A stretch of DNA of 64,000 nt, taken from the NCBI GenBank assembly GCA_963614875.1, contig CAVEFC010000001.1:28285-92284 (forward strand). The letters are read 5' to 3'. This DNA is from an uncultured Eubacteriales bacterium. GTDB taxonomy: Bacteria; Bacillota; Clostridia; Oscillospirales; CAG-272. Numbering within the stretch: position 1 is the first letter of the stretch; every line of letters begins with the position of its first letter. Of this stretch, positions 18,792 to 28,983 are shown piece after piece. The notes under the pieces were generated by a model. The model did not search any database and was not told the DNA's origin. It worked only from the letters and a program-made list of their open reading frames with translations. Position numbers and translations under genes: made by a program.

Positions 18792-20783
18792 GTGATGAAA
18801 ATGGATCGACCTCCGATGGATCCCGGGCTTATGAAGCACCCGATGGACAAAATGCGCGAACCGAAACCGAAAAACATAAAGGAAGTTCCGAAATATCTGA
18901 AAAGGGTGATATCAAAATTCTTTTACAGACTTTTCTATATCTTCACTCTCGTCTGGGAAGCGAAGCCGAGCGTTCTGTTTCTGATTTCGTTTTTCTCGGT
19001 AATACTCGGCGTTCTTCCAGCAATATCCGCGTCGATAGCAAAGGATATCTTAAATCGCCTTGCGGTCGATTATGCTCTGGTAAAGGCGGGCGAAGGCGAC
19101 GCCTCCGCCATGCTGGACGAAATATTTATGCTGCTTGTATGGCAGTTTATGCTGCTTTTCGCAACCTCCGTCGTTTCAAGCCTGAAAACATACACTACGA
19201 GAATCGCAAGCGAGCTTGTCGCATACAGGACGAACGTCAAGATAATGGAAAAAGCGAAAACGGTCGATGTTTCAAGCTTTGACCGTCCCGATTTTTATGA
19301 AAAGCTGGAAAACGCCTCGCGCGAAGCGGGCAACAGACCGATGCAGGTGCTTTCAGCCACATGCTCTTCCATCTCCGCCGTGATCAGTATGATTTCGTTC
19401 ATCGTCATTCTTGCCGGAATTCCGGGCAATGTACATATCGCAAGCCTGAGCATAAAAACAGCCGGCTTTGCTCCGGTGGCGGTTGCGCTCGTTGCGATTC
19501 CTTCGGCTGTCGTTTCCTTTGTTTACAGGCGCAAGGTGTTTGATTATTCCCGCCGCCGCTCCAAAGACAGACGTCAGTTCAATTATTACAAAGATCTTAT
19601 GACAAACAAGGATATGGTCAAGGAAATCCGCCTTTTCGGACTTTCGGACACCTTTATCGAACGATACAAAACCATTTTCGGTCATTATTTCGGCGGTGTG
19701 CGCCGCATATATTTTTCGGAGGGCGCGTGGAACCTTGTGATGTCGGTGCTGTCGTCCGGCGTCAACTGCGTGCTGTTTTTACTGATAGCAAAGGGCGTAA
19801 TTGCGGGCGATTTTGAGGTCGGTAACTATTCGCTTTATACGGGCGCGCTCAATTCAATCGCAAGCGGAATTTCAACGCTGATAAATACAACCGCTTCCAT
19901 TTACGAAGGCACGCTTTTTATCGACAATCTTATAACCTTTATGGACGAAAAAACCGAAATAGTGCCTTCGCTTCCCGAGCCACGTCACGTTGAAAGACAT
20001 ATCGCCCACAAAATAGAGCTGAAAAACGTTTCGTTCCGCTATCCCGGCACAAAAAGGGACGTTATAAAAAATATGTCCGTAACCTTCGAGCCCGGCGAAA
20101 CAGTCGTTCTTGTAGGACTCAACGGCGCGGGAAAGACTACGCTTATAAAGCTGATAACAAGACTGTACGATCCGACCGAAGGCGTCATTCTCCTTGACGG
20201 CCACGACATAAGGGAATACGACATAAGCGAGCTTTATTCGATATACGGAATAATCTTTCAGGATTTCGGCAGATACGCCGTATCCGTCCGTGAGAACGTC
20301 TCGTTTTCCGATATAAACAGCCCGATAGACAATGAGAGAGTTTCAAGGGCGGCAAAGGAAAGCGGCGCCGAAGATTTTATAAAAAATCTGCCGGGAGGAT
20401 ACGATACCGCGCTTATGCGTTATTTCGAAGAAGACGGGATAGAGCTTTCAACAGGTCAGTGGCAGAAGCTTTCCGTTGCGCGCGCGTTCTATTCGGATTC
20501 GGATATTCTCATTCTTGACGAGCCGACTGCGGCGCTCGACGCCATCGCCGAGCAGGAGATCTATTCTCAGTTCGACAATCTCCGCAAGGACAAAACAACC
20601 GTTTTCGTTTCGCACAGACTTTCAAGCGCGACAACGGCTGACAAAATTCTCGTTCTCGAAAACGGACAGATAACCGAAAGCGGAACGCATCGCGAGCTTA
20701 TGCAAAAAGGCGGCAGATACTGCGAGCTTTTCTCCACTCAGGCGCAGAGATATATCGCCTCCGAGCGCGAGATGAAAAAATAA
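18792..20783 (+). CDS. ABC transporter, fused permease/ATP-binding exporter
   Basis: Six-TM N-terminal half. Walker A GLNGAGKTTL, signature LSTGQWQKL, Walker B ILILDEPT. The true start may be ATG 18795 or 18801. Confidence 0.85.
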   Translation: MMKMDRPPMDPGLMKHPMDKMREPKPKNIKEVPKYLKRVISKFFYRLFYIFTLVWEAKPSVLFLISFFSVILGVLPAISASIAKDILNRLAVDYALVKAGEGDASAMLDEIFMLLVWQFMLLFATSVVSSLKTYTTRIASELVAYRTNVKIMEKAKTVDVSSFDRPDFYEKLENASREAGNRPMQVLSATCSSISAVISMISFIVILAGIPGNVHIASLSIKTAGFAPVAVALVAIPSAVVSFVYRRKVFDYSRRRSKDRRQFNYYKDLMTNKDMVKEIRLFGLSDTFIERYKTIFGHYFGGVRRIYFSEGAWNLVMSVLSSGVNCVLFLLIAKGVIAGDFEVGNYSLYTGALNSIASGISTLINTTASIYEGTLFIDNLITFMDEKTEIVPSLPEPRHVERHIAHKIELKNVSFRYPGTKRDVIKNMSVTFEPGETVVLVGLNGAGKTTLIKLITRLYDPTEGVILLDGHDIREYDISELYSIYGIIFQDFGRYAVSVRENVSFSDINSPIDNERVSRAAKESGAEDFIKNLPGGYDTALMRYFEEDGIELSTGQWQKLSVARAFYSDSDILILDEPTAALDAIAEQEIYSQFDNLRKDKTTVFVSHRLSSATTADKILVLENGQITESGTHRELMQKGGRYCELFSTQAQRYIASEREMKK

Positions 20784-20790
20784 ATAATGC

Positions 20791-20826
20791 ACGGTCGGAA
20801 CAAATCACCGTTCCGACCGTTATTTT
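20791..20826 (+). terminator. Intrinsic terminator
   Basis: ACGGTCGGAAC-loop-GTTCCGACCGT followed by TATTTT. Confidence 0.7.
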
Positions 20827-20936
20827 CTTTGAAAAATGCACAAATAAAAACGCGAAATATCGTCGGTTACAGGGCATTTTTCAGATTACGCCCCCTGCAT
20901 ATCGATATGTGCATAACCGATATGAAAAATCAGCAA

Positions 20937-20965
20937 TTGCATAATCGCACAGCTTATGATAGAAT
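20937..20965 (+). promoter_or_regulatory. Sigma-A-type promoter of the mdh-fumC-hdr-flx-frd operon
   Basis: TTGCAT (20937-20942), 17-nt spacer, TAGAAT (20960-20965), about 30 nt upstream of the first start codon. Confidence 0.5.
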
Positions 20966-20997
20966 ATGTAAAACAATTATTTTAGGAAGGTGTTTTT

Positions 20998-21942
20998 ATG
21001 AACAAGATATCCATCATCGGAACCGGAAGCGTAGGTTCCACCATCGCATATTCCCTTGCAATTCTCGGAATGGCGTCAGAGATCGTAATGATCGACATCA
21101 ACAGCGAAAAGGCTCTCGGAGAGGCGCTCGACATCAGACAGGGTACTCCCTTCTGCAGCCCCTGCTCGATTTATGCCGGCAGCTATCCCGATGCCGCAGG
21201 CTCAAACATCGTTATTCTCACATCCGGAATAGCAAGAAAGCCCGGTCAGTCGCGTCTTGAGCTCGCCCAGACAAACGTAAACATAACAAAGAGCATCATT
21301 CCCGAGATAACAAAATACGCTCCGGACGCAACATATATAATCGTAAGCAATCCGGTAGATATTCTTACCTATACGTTCCACAAATTTTCCGATCTTCCCG
21401 AAAACCATATAATCGGTTCGGGAACGATTCTCGATACTGCCCGTCTCCGCGCAAGACTTTCCGAGTACTACAACATCAGCCAGAGCAACGTTCACGCTTA
21501 TGTTTTCGGCGAGCACGGCGATTCTTCCTTTATTCCGTGGTCGGTTGCGAACATCTCGAACGTTCCGATTTCAAAGTGCAACGAGCTTATATCGCTTCCC
21601 GGAATGGAAAGCCCCTCTCTCAACTTTGACGAAATAGAGCAGTATGTAAGAAAATCCGGCGGCAGAGTTATCGCGCGCAAGGGCGCAACCTTCTATGCTG
21701 TTTCGATTTCCGTCTGCCACATCTGCAAGTGCCTGCTCGCAGGTATAGACACAACCATGACCGTTTCCACAATGATGCACGGCGAATACGGTATAGACGA
21801 CGTTTGCCTGAGCACGCTCAATCTTGTCGGCAACGACGGAATACGCGGCAAGGTAAATATGCCTCTCACGGACGAGGAAACCGCAAAGCTCCGTTTCAGC
21901 GCGGACACTCTCAAAGACGTTATCAAAAATCTCAGCATCTGA
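20998..21942 (+). CDS. LDH-family 2-hydroxyacid dehydrogenase, predicted malate dehydrogenase (Arg at the Gln102-equivalent position)
   Basis: Rossmann motif IIGTGSVGS and the catalytic-His region GEHGDS. The substrate loop reads SGIARKPGQSRLEL where L-LDHs have GANQKPGETRLDL. Confidence 0.8.
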   Translation: MNKISIIGTGSVGSTIAYSLAILGMASEIVMIDINSEKALGEALDIRQGTPFCSPCSIYAGSYPDAAGSNIVILTSGIARKPGQSRLELAQTNVNITKSIIPEITKYAPDATYIIVSNPVDILTYTFHKFSDLPENHIIGSGTILDTARLRARLSEYYNISQSNVHAYVFGEHGDSSFIPWSVANISNVPISKCNELISLPGMESPSLNFDEIEQYVRKSGGRVIARKGATFYAVSISVCHICKCLLAGIDTTMTVSTMMHGEYGIDDVCLSTLNLVGNDGIRGKVNMPLTDEETAKLRFSADTLKDVIKNLSI

Positions 21943-21962
21943 GAAAAGGACGGTAAACAAAG

Positions 21963-23339
21963 ATGGAATATCGCATCGAACACGACTCCATGGGCGAGGT
22001 AAAGGTTCCTGCGGATCGCCTGTGGGCAGCGCAGACCGAAAGAAGCCATGAAAATTTCAGAATAGGCGTCGGCATAGAAACAATGCCGAGAGAAATAACC
22101 CACGCGTTCGGAATTCTCAAAAAGGCTGCCGCTATGGCAAACGCCGAGCTCAAGCCCGAAAAAATGACGCAGGAAAAGCTCGCCGCAATATCGCAGGCGT
22201 GCGACGAGGTTATCTCCGGCAGCTTAAACGACCACTTCCCGCTCGTCGTATGGCAGACAGGCTCCGGCACGCAGTCGAATATGAACGCAAACGAGGTCAT
22301 CGCGAACAGAGCAAACCAGATAGCAGGCTCAAAGCTCTGCCACCCGAACGACGACATAAATATGAGTCAGTCCTCAAACGACACCTTCCCCACGGCAATG
22401 CATATCTCGGCTGTAACGGCAATAGAGGACAAGCTCCTTCCCGCAATCGAAACGCTAATCGCAACGTTCAGACGTCTTGAAGAAGAAAACGAAGGCATAG
22501 TAAAATCCGGAAGAACACATCTTCAGGACGCTACGCCGATTAAATTCAGTCAGGAAATTTCCGGCTGGAGATCGAGCCTTGAAAGAGACGCCGAGCTTCT
22601 CCGTATGGCAGTAAAGCCGCTTTACGAGCTTGCTCTCGGCGGAACGGCTGTCGGCACGGGACTCAACGCTCCCAAAGGCTTTGCCGAGCTTGTTGCCGCA
22701 AAGGTGGCGCTGCTCACGGGCAAGCCATTTGTGACGGCACAGAACAAATTCCACGCTCTCACCTCAAAGGACGAGCTTGTATTTGCTCACGGCGCGATAA
22801 AGGCGACCGCCTGCGATATGATGAAAATCGCAAACGACGTCCGCTGGCTCGCTTCGGGCCCGCGCGACGGTCTCGGCGAAATACACATTCCCGAAAACGA
22901 ACCCGGCTCGTCCATAATGCCCGGAAAGGTAAATCCCACGCAGTGCGAAGCGGTCACGATGGTAGCCGTTCAGGTTATGGGCAACGACGTAGCCGTCGGA
23001 ATGGCGGCGTCGCAGGGAAACTTTGAGCTGAATGTTTTTATGCCCGTTGCGGCATACAACTTCCTGCAATCAGCGCGTCTGCTTGCGGAAGCGATAGTTT
23101 CCTTCAACGTAAACTGCGCCGTCGGAATTACGGCAAACAAAGAAAAAATGTATCACAATCTGCACAATTCGCTCATGCTCGTTACGGCGCTCAATCCCTA
23201 TATCGGTTACGAAAACGCCGCAAAAACCGCAAAGAAAGCCTTCAAGGACAATATTTCCCTGAAGCAGGCGTGCGTTGAGCTCGGATTTCTTACCGCGGAA
23301 AAATTCGACGAGGTATTTCATCCCGAACAGATGGTCTGA
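21963..23339 (+). CDS. fumC: Class II fumarate hydratase
   Basis: Signature GSSIMPGKVNPTQCEA. Size is 458 aa. Confidence 0.9.
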   Translation: MEYRIEHDSMGEVKVPADRLWAAQTERSHENFRIGVGIETMPREITHAFGILKKAAAMANAELKPEKMTQEKLAAISQACDEVISGSLNDHFPLVVWQTGSGTQSNMNANEVIANRANQIAGSKLCHPNDDINMSQSSNDTFPTAMHISAVTAIEDKLLPAIETLIATFRRLEEENEGIVKSGRTHLQDATPIKFSQEISGWRSSLERDAELLRMAVKPLYELALGGTAVGTGLNAPKGFAELVAAKVALLTGKPFVTAQNKFHALTSKDELVFAHGAIKATACDMMKIANDVRWLASGPRDGLGEIHIPENEPGSSIMPGKVNPTQCEAVTMVAVQVMGNDVAVGMAASQGNFELNVFMPVAAYNFLQSARLLAEAIVSFNVNCAVGITANKEKMYHNLHNSLMLVTALNPYIGYENAAKTAKKAFKDNISLKQACVELGFLTAEKFDEVFHPEQMV

Positions 23340-23357
23340 TATCGAACGGAGGTAAAT

Positions 23358-24164
23358 ATGAAGGTAAGTTATTTTCCCGGCTGTACCCTCAAAACCAAAG
23401 CGAAAGACCTTGATCTTTACGCACGCAAAAGCGCCGAAAAGCTCGGCATTGAGCTGTGCGAAACAGAGAATTGGCAATGCTGCGGAGGCGTTTTCGTCAG
23501 CGCAAAGGACGAAATAGCCACAAAGCTGTCAAGCGTGCGTGCGCTTGCTTCTGCGCGCGACGCGGGAATGCCGCTTGTAACGGTGTGTTCAGCCTGTCAT
23601 AACGTAATAAAACAAACAAATGCCGCCATGCGAACGGATAAGGATTTTGCCGACAAGGTAAATCTTTATATGTCGCAGGACAAAAACCCCGCCGCCGCTT
23701 ATCACGGCGAAACGGCGGTCTATCATTATCTTGAGCTTCTTCGTGATACGGTCGGCTTCGACAAAATAAAGGAAGCCGTAACGCATCCGCTCACGGATAA
23801 AAAAATCGCCGCATATTACGGCTGTATGCTTCTCCGTCCGAGCAAGGTGATGCGTTTCGACGACCCCGAAAATCCGAGCATTATGGAGAATTTCATAAGA
23901 GCGCTCGGCGCAGAGCCGGTCGTTTATCCGCACAGAAACGAATGCTGCGGCGGATATGTGGCGCTTGAAGACGCAGACTCCGCAAGGAAAAAGAGTCTTG
24001 CCGTAAGCGATGACGCCGCAGATCACGGAGCGGAGCTTATAGTTACGGCTTGTCCGCTGTGCAAGTACAATCTTGTCAAAAACGAAAGCCGGATTCCCGT
24101 TGTATACTTTACCGAGCTGCTCGCGGAAGCGCTCGGCATAAAGGAGGATAAAGATGCAGAATAA
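23358..24164 (+). CDS. Heterodisulfide reductase subunit B-like protein (two CCG domains)
   Basis: Two Cys-rich CCG-type motifs: FPGC...CCGG...CSAC and YYGC...ECCGG...CPLC. Confidence 0.8.
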   Translation: MKVSYFPGCTLKTKAKDLDLYARKSAEKLGIELCETENWQCCGGVFVSAKDEIATKLSSVRALASARDAGMPLVTVCSACHNVIKQTNAAMRTDKDFADKVNLYMSQDKNPAAAYHGETAVYHYLELLRDTVGFDKIKEAVTHPLTDKKIAAYYGCMLLRPSKVMRFDDPENPSIMENFIRALGAEPVVYPHRNECCGGYVALEDADSARKKSLAVSDDAADHGAELIVTACPLCKYNLVKNESRIPVVYFTELLAEALGIKEDKDAE

Positions 24165-24546
24165 AACAGAGCTTTTGCGCGAGCAGGTTCTCCGCATAAG
24201 CGGCGTAACCCCCAGAAAGTGTATGCGCTGCGGAAAGTGCTCGGCAACCTGCCCGTCTTACGACGAAATGGAATATCATCCTCATCAGTTCGTTTATATG
24301 GTCGAAAACGGCGATATCGAAACCCTGATGAAATCGCCTTCCGTTTATAAATGTCTTTCATGCTTTGCCTGCGTTGACCGTTGCCCGAGAGGCGTGGAGC
24401 CGGCAAAGCTTATAGAAGCCGTCCGTCTTTGCGTTATCCGCGAAAAAGGCGGCGACAGAATGACGGCAGACGATATTCCCTCGCGCATAGACGAGGATAC
24501 GCCTCAGCAGGCGATCGTAAGCGCAATGAGAAAATATTCAAAATAA
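24154..24546 (+). CDS. Heterodisulfide reductase subunit C-like 4Fe-4S protein
   Basis: CMRCGKCSATCP and CLSCFACVDRCP. Overlaps the hdrB-like stop by 11 nt. Confidence 0.75.
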   Translation: MQNKTELLREQVLRISGVTPRKCMRCGKCSATCPSYDEMEYHPHQFVYMVENGDIETLMKSPSVYKCLSCFACVDRCPRGVEPAKLIEAVRLCVIREKGGDRMTADDIPSRIDEDTPQQAIVSAMRKYSK

Positions 24547-24565
24547 AGAAAGGAGAAAACATCAA

Positions 24566-26560
24566 ATGCAGAGAATCGGAGTTTTTGTCTGCCATTGCGG
24601 CACCAACATTGCCGGCACGGTAGACGTCAAAGCCGTGGCAGAAGCGCTGAAAAAAGAACAGGGCGTTGTTTTCTCCACGGATTATCAGTATATGTGCTCT
24701 CAATCGGGGCAAAACATAATAAAGGAAGCAATCGCAGAGCATCATCTGACGGGTATCGTCGTATGCTCCTGCTCGCCGCGTATGCACGAGGCGACCTTCC
24801 GCAAAACCGCGGCTTCCGCGGGACTCAATCCCTATATGGTTGAGATTGCGAATATCCGCGAGCAGTGCTCGTGGGTGCATAAGGATATGCCCACAGGCAC
24901 GGAAAAAGCAATAATTCTTGCAAAGGCAGCCGTGGCAAAGGTAAATCTCAACGCTCCGCTCACTCCGGGAGAAAGCCCCGTAACAAAGCGCGCGCTCGTT
25001 ATCGGCGGCGGTATCGCCGGCATACAGACGGCGCTCGATATCGCCGACGCGGGCTTCCCCGTCGATATAGTCGAAACAAAGCCGACGATCGGCGGCAAAA
25101 TGGCTCAGCTCGACAAAACCTTCCCCACTCTCGACTGCGCGGCTTGTATTCTCACGCCGAAAATGGTTGACGTGGCGCAGAACGAAAAAATACGCGTCTT
25201 CTCGTATTCCGAGGTGACCGACGTAAAAGGCTTTGTCGGAAATTTCGACGTAACGATAAAGCGCAAGGCGCGCTATGTAAAGGAAGATATCTGCACCGGT
25301 TGCGGACTCTGCACTGAAAAATGTCCGCAGAAAAAAGTCCCGAACGAATTCAATCTCGGAATGGACAACCGTCACGCAATATATATTCCCTTTGCGCAGG
25401 CAGTGCCGAAGGTTGCGACAATCGATCCCAACTACTGCACGATGCTGAAAACCGGCAAGTGCGGCGTATGCTCGAAGGTCTGCTCCGCCGGCGCTATAGA
25501 TTACAACGCAAAGGACGAATTCATCGAAGAAAAATACGGCGCAATCGTCGTTGCGACGGGCTTCAATCCCATTTCGATGGAGAAATTCGACGAATTCGCA
25601 TATTCGCAGTCTAAGGACGTCATCACTTCGCTTGAGCTTGAACGTCTTATGAACGCCGCGGGGCCCACAGGCGGCACGCTTCTCCGTCCGTCCGACGGCA
25701 AGCATCCGCACACGATAGTTTTCGTTCAGTGCGTAGGCTCGCGCTGTGCGGCTTGTGCCGAAAAGGGCAAGGAATACTGCTCAAAAATATGCTGTATGTA
25801 TACGGCAAAGCACGCCATGCTCATACGCGACAAATATCCCGACACGGACGTATACGTTTTCTACATAGACGTCCGCACGCCCGGAAAGAACTTCGACGAA
25901 TTCTATCGCCGTGCGGTTGAAGAATACGGAGTTCACTACATAAAGGGTATGGTCGGAAAGGTCTGCCCCGACGGCGATAAGCTTAAGGTTCAGGGCTCGG
26001 ATCTCATCTACGGAAAACAGCTCCATATCGACGCCGACCTTGTTGTTCTTGCGGCGGCTATCGAGCCGGATAAATCCGCAAGACATCTTGCAACGCTTCT
26101 TACGGCAAGCATGGACACAAACGACTTCTTCACGGAGGCTCATCCCAAGCTTCGTCCCGTTGAAAGCCCGACGGCGGGCGTGTTCCTTTCGGGAACGTGT
26201 CAGGGACCGAAGGACATTCCCGAAACGGTTGCTCAGGCGGGAGCCGCGGCTTCAAAGGTTATCGGACTTCTCTGCAAAGACAAGCTGACAGGTAACCCCT
26301 GCGTCGCACATTCCGACGAAATGATGTGCAACGGTTGCTCGACCTGCGAGAAAGTATGCCCTTACGGCGCGATTTCGTATATCGACAAGGAATTCCGTAT
26401 GCCCGACAGAACGACAAAGCTTCGCCGCGTGGCAGTCGTAAACGAAGCTGTATGTCAGGGTTGCGGCGCATGTACCGTTGCCTGTATGTCCGGCGCAATG
26501 GATCTGAAAGGATTTTCAAGCAAACAAATTATGGCGGAGGTTGACGCAATATGCAAGTAA
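24566..26560 (+). CDS. Heterodisulfide reductase subunit A-like FAD/Fe-S flavoprotein
   Basis: N-terminal Cys motif VFVCHCGTNI, FAD fold VIGGGIAGIQTALDIA, several ferredoxin motifs (CTGCGLCTEKCP, CNGCSTCEKVCP, CQGCGACTVAC). 664 aa. Confidence 0.85.
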   Translation: MQRIGVFVCHCGTNIAGTVDVKAVAEALKKEQGVVFSTDYQYMCSQSGQNIIKEAIAEHHLTGIVVCSCSPRMHEATFRKTAASAGLNPYMVEIANIREQCSWVHKDMPTGTEKAIILAKAAVAKVNLNAPLTPGESPVTKRALVIGGGIAGIQTALDIADAGFPVDIVETKPTIGGKMAQLDKTFPTLDCAACILTPKMVDVAQNEKIRVFSYSEVTDVKGFVGNFDVTIKRKARYVKEDICTGCGLCTEKCPQKKVPNEFNLGMDNRHAIYIPFAQAVPKVATIDPNYCTMLKTGKCGVCSKVCSAGAIDYNAKDEFIEEKYGAIVVATGFNPISMEKFDEFAYSQSKDVITSLELERLMNAAGPTGGTLLRPSDGKHPHTIVFVQCVGSRCAACAEKGKEYCSKICCMYTAKHAMLIRDKYPDTDVYVFYIDVRTPGKNFDEFYRRAVEEYGVHYIKGMVGKVCPDGDKLKVQGSDLIYGKQLHIDADLVVLAAAIEPDKSARHLATLLTASMDTNDFFTEAHPKLRPVESPTAGVFLSGTCQGPKDIPETVAQAGAAASKVIGLLCKDKLTGNPCVAHSDEMMCNGCSTCEKVCPYGAISYIDKEFRMPDRTTKLRRVAVVNEAVCQGCGACTVACMSGAMDLKGFSSKQIMAEVDAICK

Positions 26561-26985
26561 ACGAATTCAAACCCCTTATCGTAGCGTTTTGCTGCAACTG
26601 GTGTTCATATGCCGGCGCAGATCTTGCGGGCAATAACCGCTTAAGCTATCCCGCCGACGTAAAGATCATCCGTGTTCCCTGCTCGTGCAGAGTAAACCCG
26701 ATGTTCATTCTCCGCGCTTTCCAGCGCGGCGCGGACGGAGTTATAATCTGCGGCTGTCATCCCGGCGACTGCCATTACACCTCCGGAAACTACTATACGC
26801 GCAGACGTATGGCTCTGCTTTTCTCGATGCTCGACTATCTCGGCATTGAAAGAGAAAGAACCCGCGTTGAGTGGGTATCTGCGGCGGAGGGCGCAAAATT
26901 CGCCGCAACAATGAACGATTTTGCGGGAAAAGTCGCCGCACTCGGCGAAAACAAGAGATTGGAGGACTTAAGATGCAAGAAATAA
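26551..26985 (+). CDS. MvhD/FlxD-like hydrogenase iron-sulfur subunit
   Basis: IVAFCCNWCSY...VPCSCRVN...ICGCHPGDCHY pattern typical of MvhD. Overlaps the hdrA-like stop by 10 nt. Confidence 0.8.
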   Translation: MQVNEFKPLIVAFCCNWCSYAGADLAGNNRLSYPADVKIIRVPCSCRVNPMFILRAFQRGADGVIICGCHPGDCHYTSGNYYTRRRMALLFSMLDYLGIERERTRVEWVSAAEGAKFAATMNDFAGKVAALGENKRLEDLRCKK

Positions 26986-27965
26986 ATCGTGCGGCTCTGA
27001 TAAAAAGAGCGTCCGAACTGCTTTCGGACGGCACTGCGGACAGAGTTCTCGGCTGGAAAGCGGGCGAATTCGACTATGATATCACCCCTGCGGTTTTCAA
27101 CAGCTCCGAGGAGCTTGAAAAGGATTTTGTCTGGGGCGATTTCTGCGGCGCAAACTTTTCAAAATATCTCATAAAAGAAACACAGAAGGGCGAAGGAAAA
27201 GTACTTGTCTTTCTCAAACCCTGCGACACATACAGCTTCAATCAGCTTCTTACCGAGCATCGCTTTGACCGCGAAAAAGTCTATGCCGTGGGTATCCCCT
27301 GCGACGGTATGCTCGACGTTACGAAGATAAAATCGCTTGCCGACGGTATTTCGTCCGTTAAAAGCGAGGGCGACACCGTAAAGATAGAAACCCTTTACGA
27401 CGGCACGCTCTCCGAAAAGAGATCGGAGCTTCTTTCCGACAGATGCGTTCACTGCAAATCCAAAAAGCACGTTTCTTACGACGAGCTTTTGGGCGATGAC
27501 GGCGACGTACTTGACAGCGGACGCTTTGACGAGGTTGAAAAAATAGAAAAAATGACGGCAGACGAACGCTTTGCGTTCTGGCAGGGAGAGCTTTCACGTT
27601 GCATACGCTGCAACGCCTGCCGCGACGTTTGCCCTGCCTGCACCTGCGAAAAGTGCGTTTTCGACAATCCAAACTCGGGCGTTGAAAACAAGGCTGCGGC
27701 AAACTCCTTTGAGGACAGTATGTTCCACATCATCCGCGCGTTCCACGTTGCCGGAAGATGCACGGACTGCGGTGAATGTTCAAGAGTATGTCCTCAGCAC
27801 ATACCGCTTCATCTTCTCAACCGCAAGTTCATAAAGGATATAGATAATTTCTACGGCGAATATCAGGCAGGAGAAACGGTCGGAAGCCGCGCTCCGATAG
27901 TGAACTATTCACAGGATGATATAGAGCCGGCAAAAGCCGTGGAAAGAGGTGGCGACAATGCGTAA
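26973..27965 (+). CDS. Fe-S cluster protein (FlxB/FlxC-like)
   Basis: Start set at MQEINR after GGAGG. Motifs CIRCNACRDVCPACTC and CTDCGECSRVCP. Translationally coupled to its neighbours. Confidence 0.55.
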   Translation: MQEINRAALIKRASELLSDGTADRVLGWKAGEFDYDITPAVFNSSEELEKDFVWGDFCGANFSKYLIKETQKGEGKVLVFLKPCDTYSFNQLLTEHRFDREKVYAVGIPCDGMLDVTKIKSLADGISSVKSEGDTVKIETLYDGTLSEKRSELLSDRCVHCKSKKHVSYDELLGDDGDVLDSGRFDEVEKIEKMTADERFAFWQGELSRCIRCNACRDVCPACTCEKCVFDNPNSGVENKAAANSFEDSMFHIIRAFHVAGRCTDCGECSRVCPQHIPLHLLNRKFIKDIDNFYGEYQAGETVGSRAPIVNYSQDDIEPAKAVERGGDNA

Positions 27966-28983
27966 AATATCGCTTGACAAGCTGAATTCGCTTTTCTCCG
28001 CCATAGCGGACAGCGAAACTCTTTATCTGCCTGTAGATACAAAAGCGGGCGCAAGCTATGAAAAATGGCACGACGGCGCAGTCCTTTCGGACGCGCTCAA
28101 CACAGTAAGAAGCGCAAAGGATTTCTTCTTTCCGCAGACGGAAAATCTTATGGATTTCAGGCTTGAAGGAAAGAATATCGAAATTATCGACACAAGAAAG
28201 GAATGCGAGGATTTCGTTATTTTCGGAGTGCGCGCGTGCGACGTCAGAAGCTTTGAGGTTCTCGACAGAGTATTCCTTTCCGAGCCTGTTGACAGCTACT
28301 ACAAAAACCGTCGCGAACACGGCGTGATAATGTCGCTTGCTTGCACAAAGCCTCACGAAACGTGCTTTTGCGGAACGTTCGGCATAGACGCTTCGTCGCC
28401 CGAGGGCGATATCGTCTGCTATAAAACAGAAGACGCGCTTTATATGGACGCGAAAACCGAAAAGGGTAAAGCACTGCTTTCAGGACTTTCCGCCCTTACG
28501 GAAGAGGACGACGGCAAAGCCGTAAATGAACAGAAAAAGGTCACAAAAGAAAGACTTGCTTCTCTTCCGCTTGCAAACCTTTCGGCAGACAGCTTCGGCG
28601 CGGGAAAAACGGAGGAATTCTTCGGCGCTCCCGAATGGAAGGAGCTTTCGCAGTCGTGTCTCGGATGCGGAACCTGCACGTTCGTCTGCCCGACCTGCCA
28701 GTGCTACGATATAAAGGATTTCAACACAGGTCACGGAGTAAAGCGTTTCCGCTGCTGGGACTCGTGCATGTATTCGGACTTTACAAAAATGTCCGCAGGT
28801 CAGCCGAGACTTACTCAGCTTGAACGCTTCCGTCAGAGATTTATGCATAAACTTGTGTATTACCCCACAAACAACGGCGGACTTTTCTCATGCGTGGGTT
28901 GCGGCAGATGTATTTCAAAATGTCCCATTCAGATGAATATTGTAAAGGTAATGAAAAAGCTGGGAGGAAACAAAAATGATTGA
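27958..28983 (+). CDS. Fe-S cluster protein, AsrA/FlxC-like
   Basis: Start set at ATG 27958 (the track start at 27949 is a GTG). Motifs CLGCGTCTFVCPTCQC and CVGCGRCISKCP. Overall AsrA-like layout. Confidence 0.55.
   Translation: MRKISLDKLNSLFSAIADSETLYLPVDTKAGASYEKWHDGAVLSDALNTVRSAKDFFFPQTENLMDFRLEGKNIEIIDTRKECEDFVIFGVRACDVRSFEVLDRVFLSEPVDSYYKNRREHGVIMSLACTKPHETCFCGTFGIDASSPEGDIVCYKTEDALYMDAKTEKGKALLSGLSALTEEDDGKAVNEQKKVTKERLASLPLANLSADSFGAGKTEEFFGAPEWKELSQSCLGCGTCTFVCPTCQCYDIKDFNTGHGVKRFRCWDSCMYSDFTKMSAGQPRLTQLERFRQRFMHKLVYYPTNNGGLFSCVGCGRCISKCPIQMNIVKVMKKLGGNKND

Noticed and set aside
20898-20909. 12-bp palindrome CATATCGATATG upstream of the operon promoter, considered as a possible redox-regulator (Rex-like) operator
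   Set aside because: It does not match the Rex consensus (TTGTGAA-N6-TTCACAA) or any operator I recognise. It lies upstream of the -35, and a short AT-rich palindrome can occur by chance.
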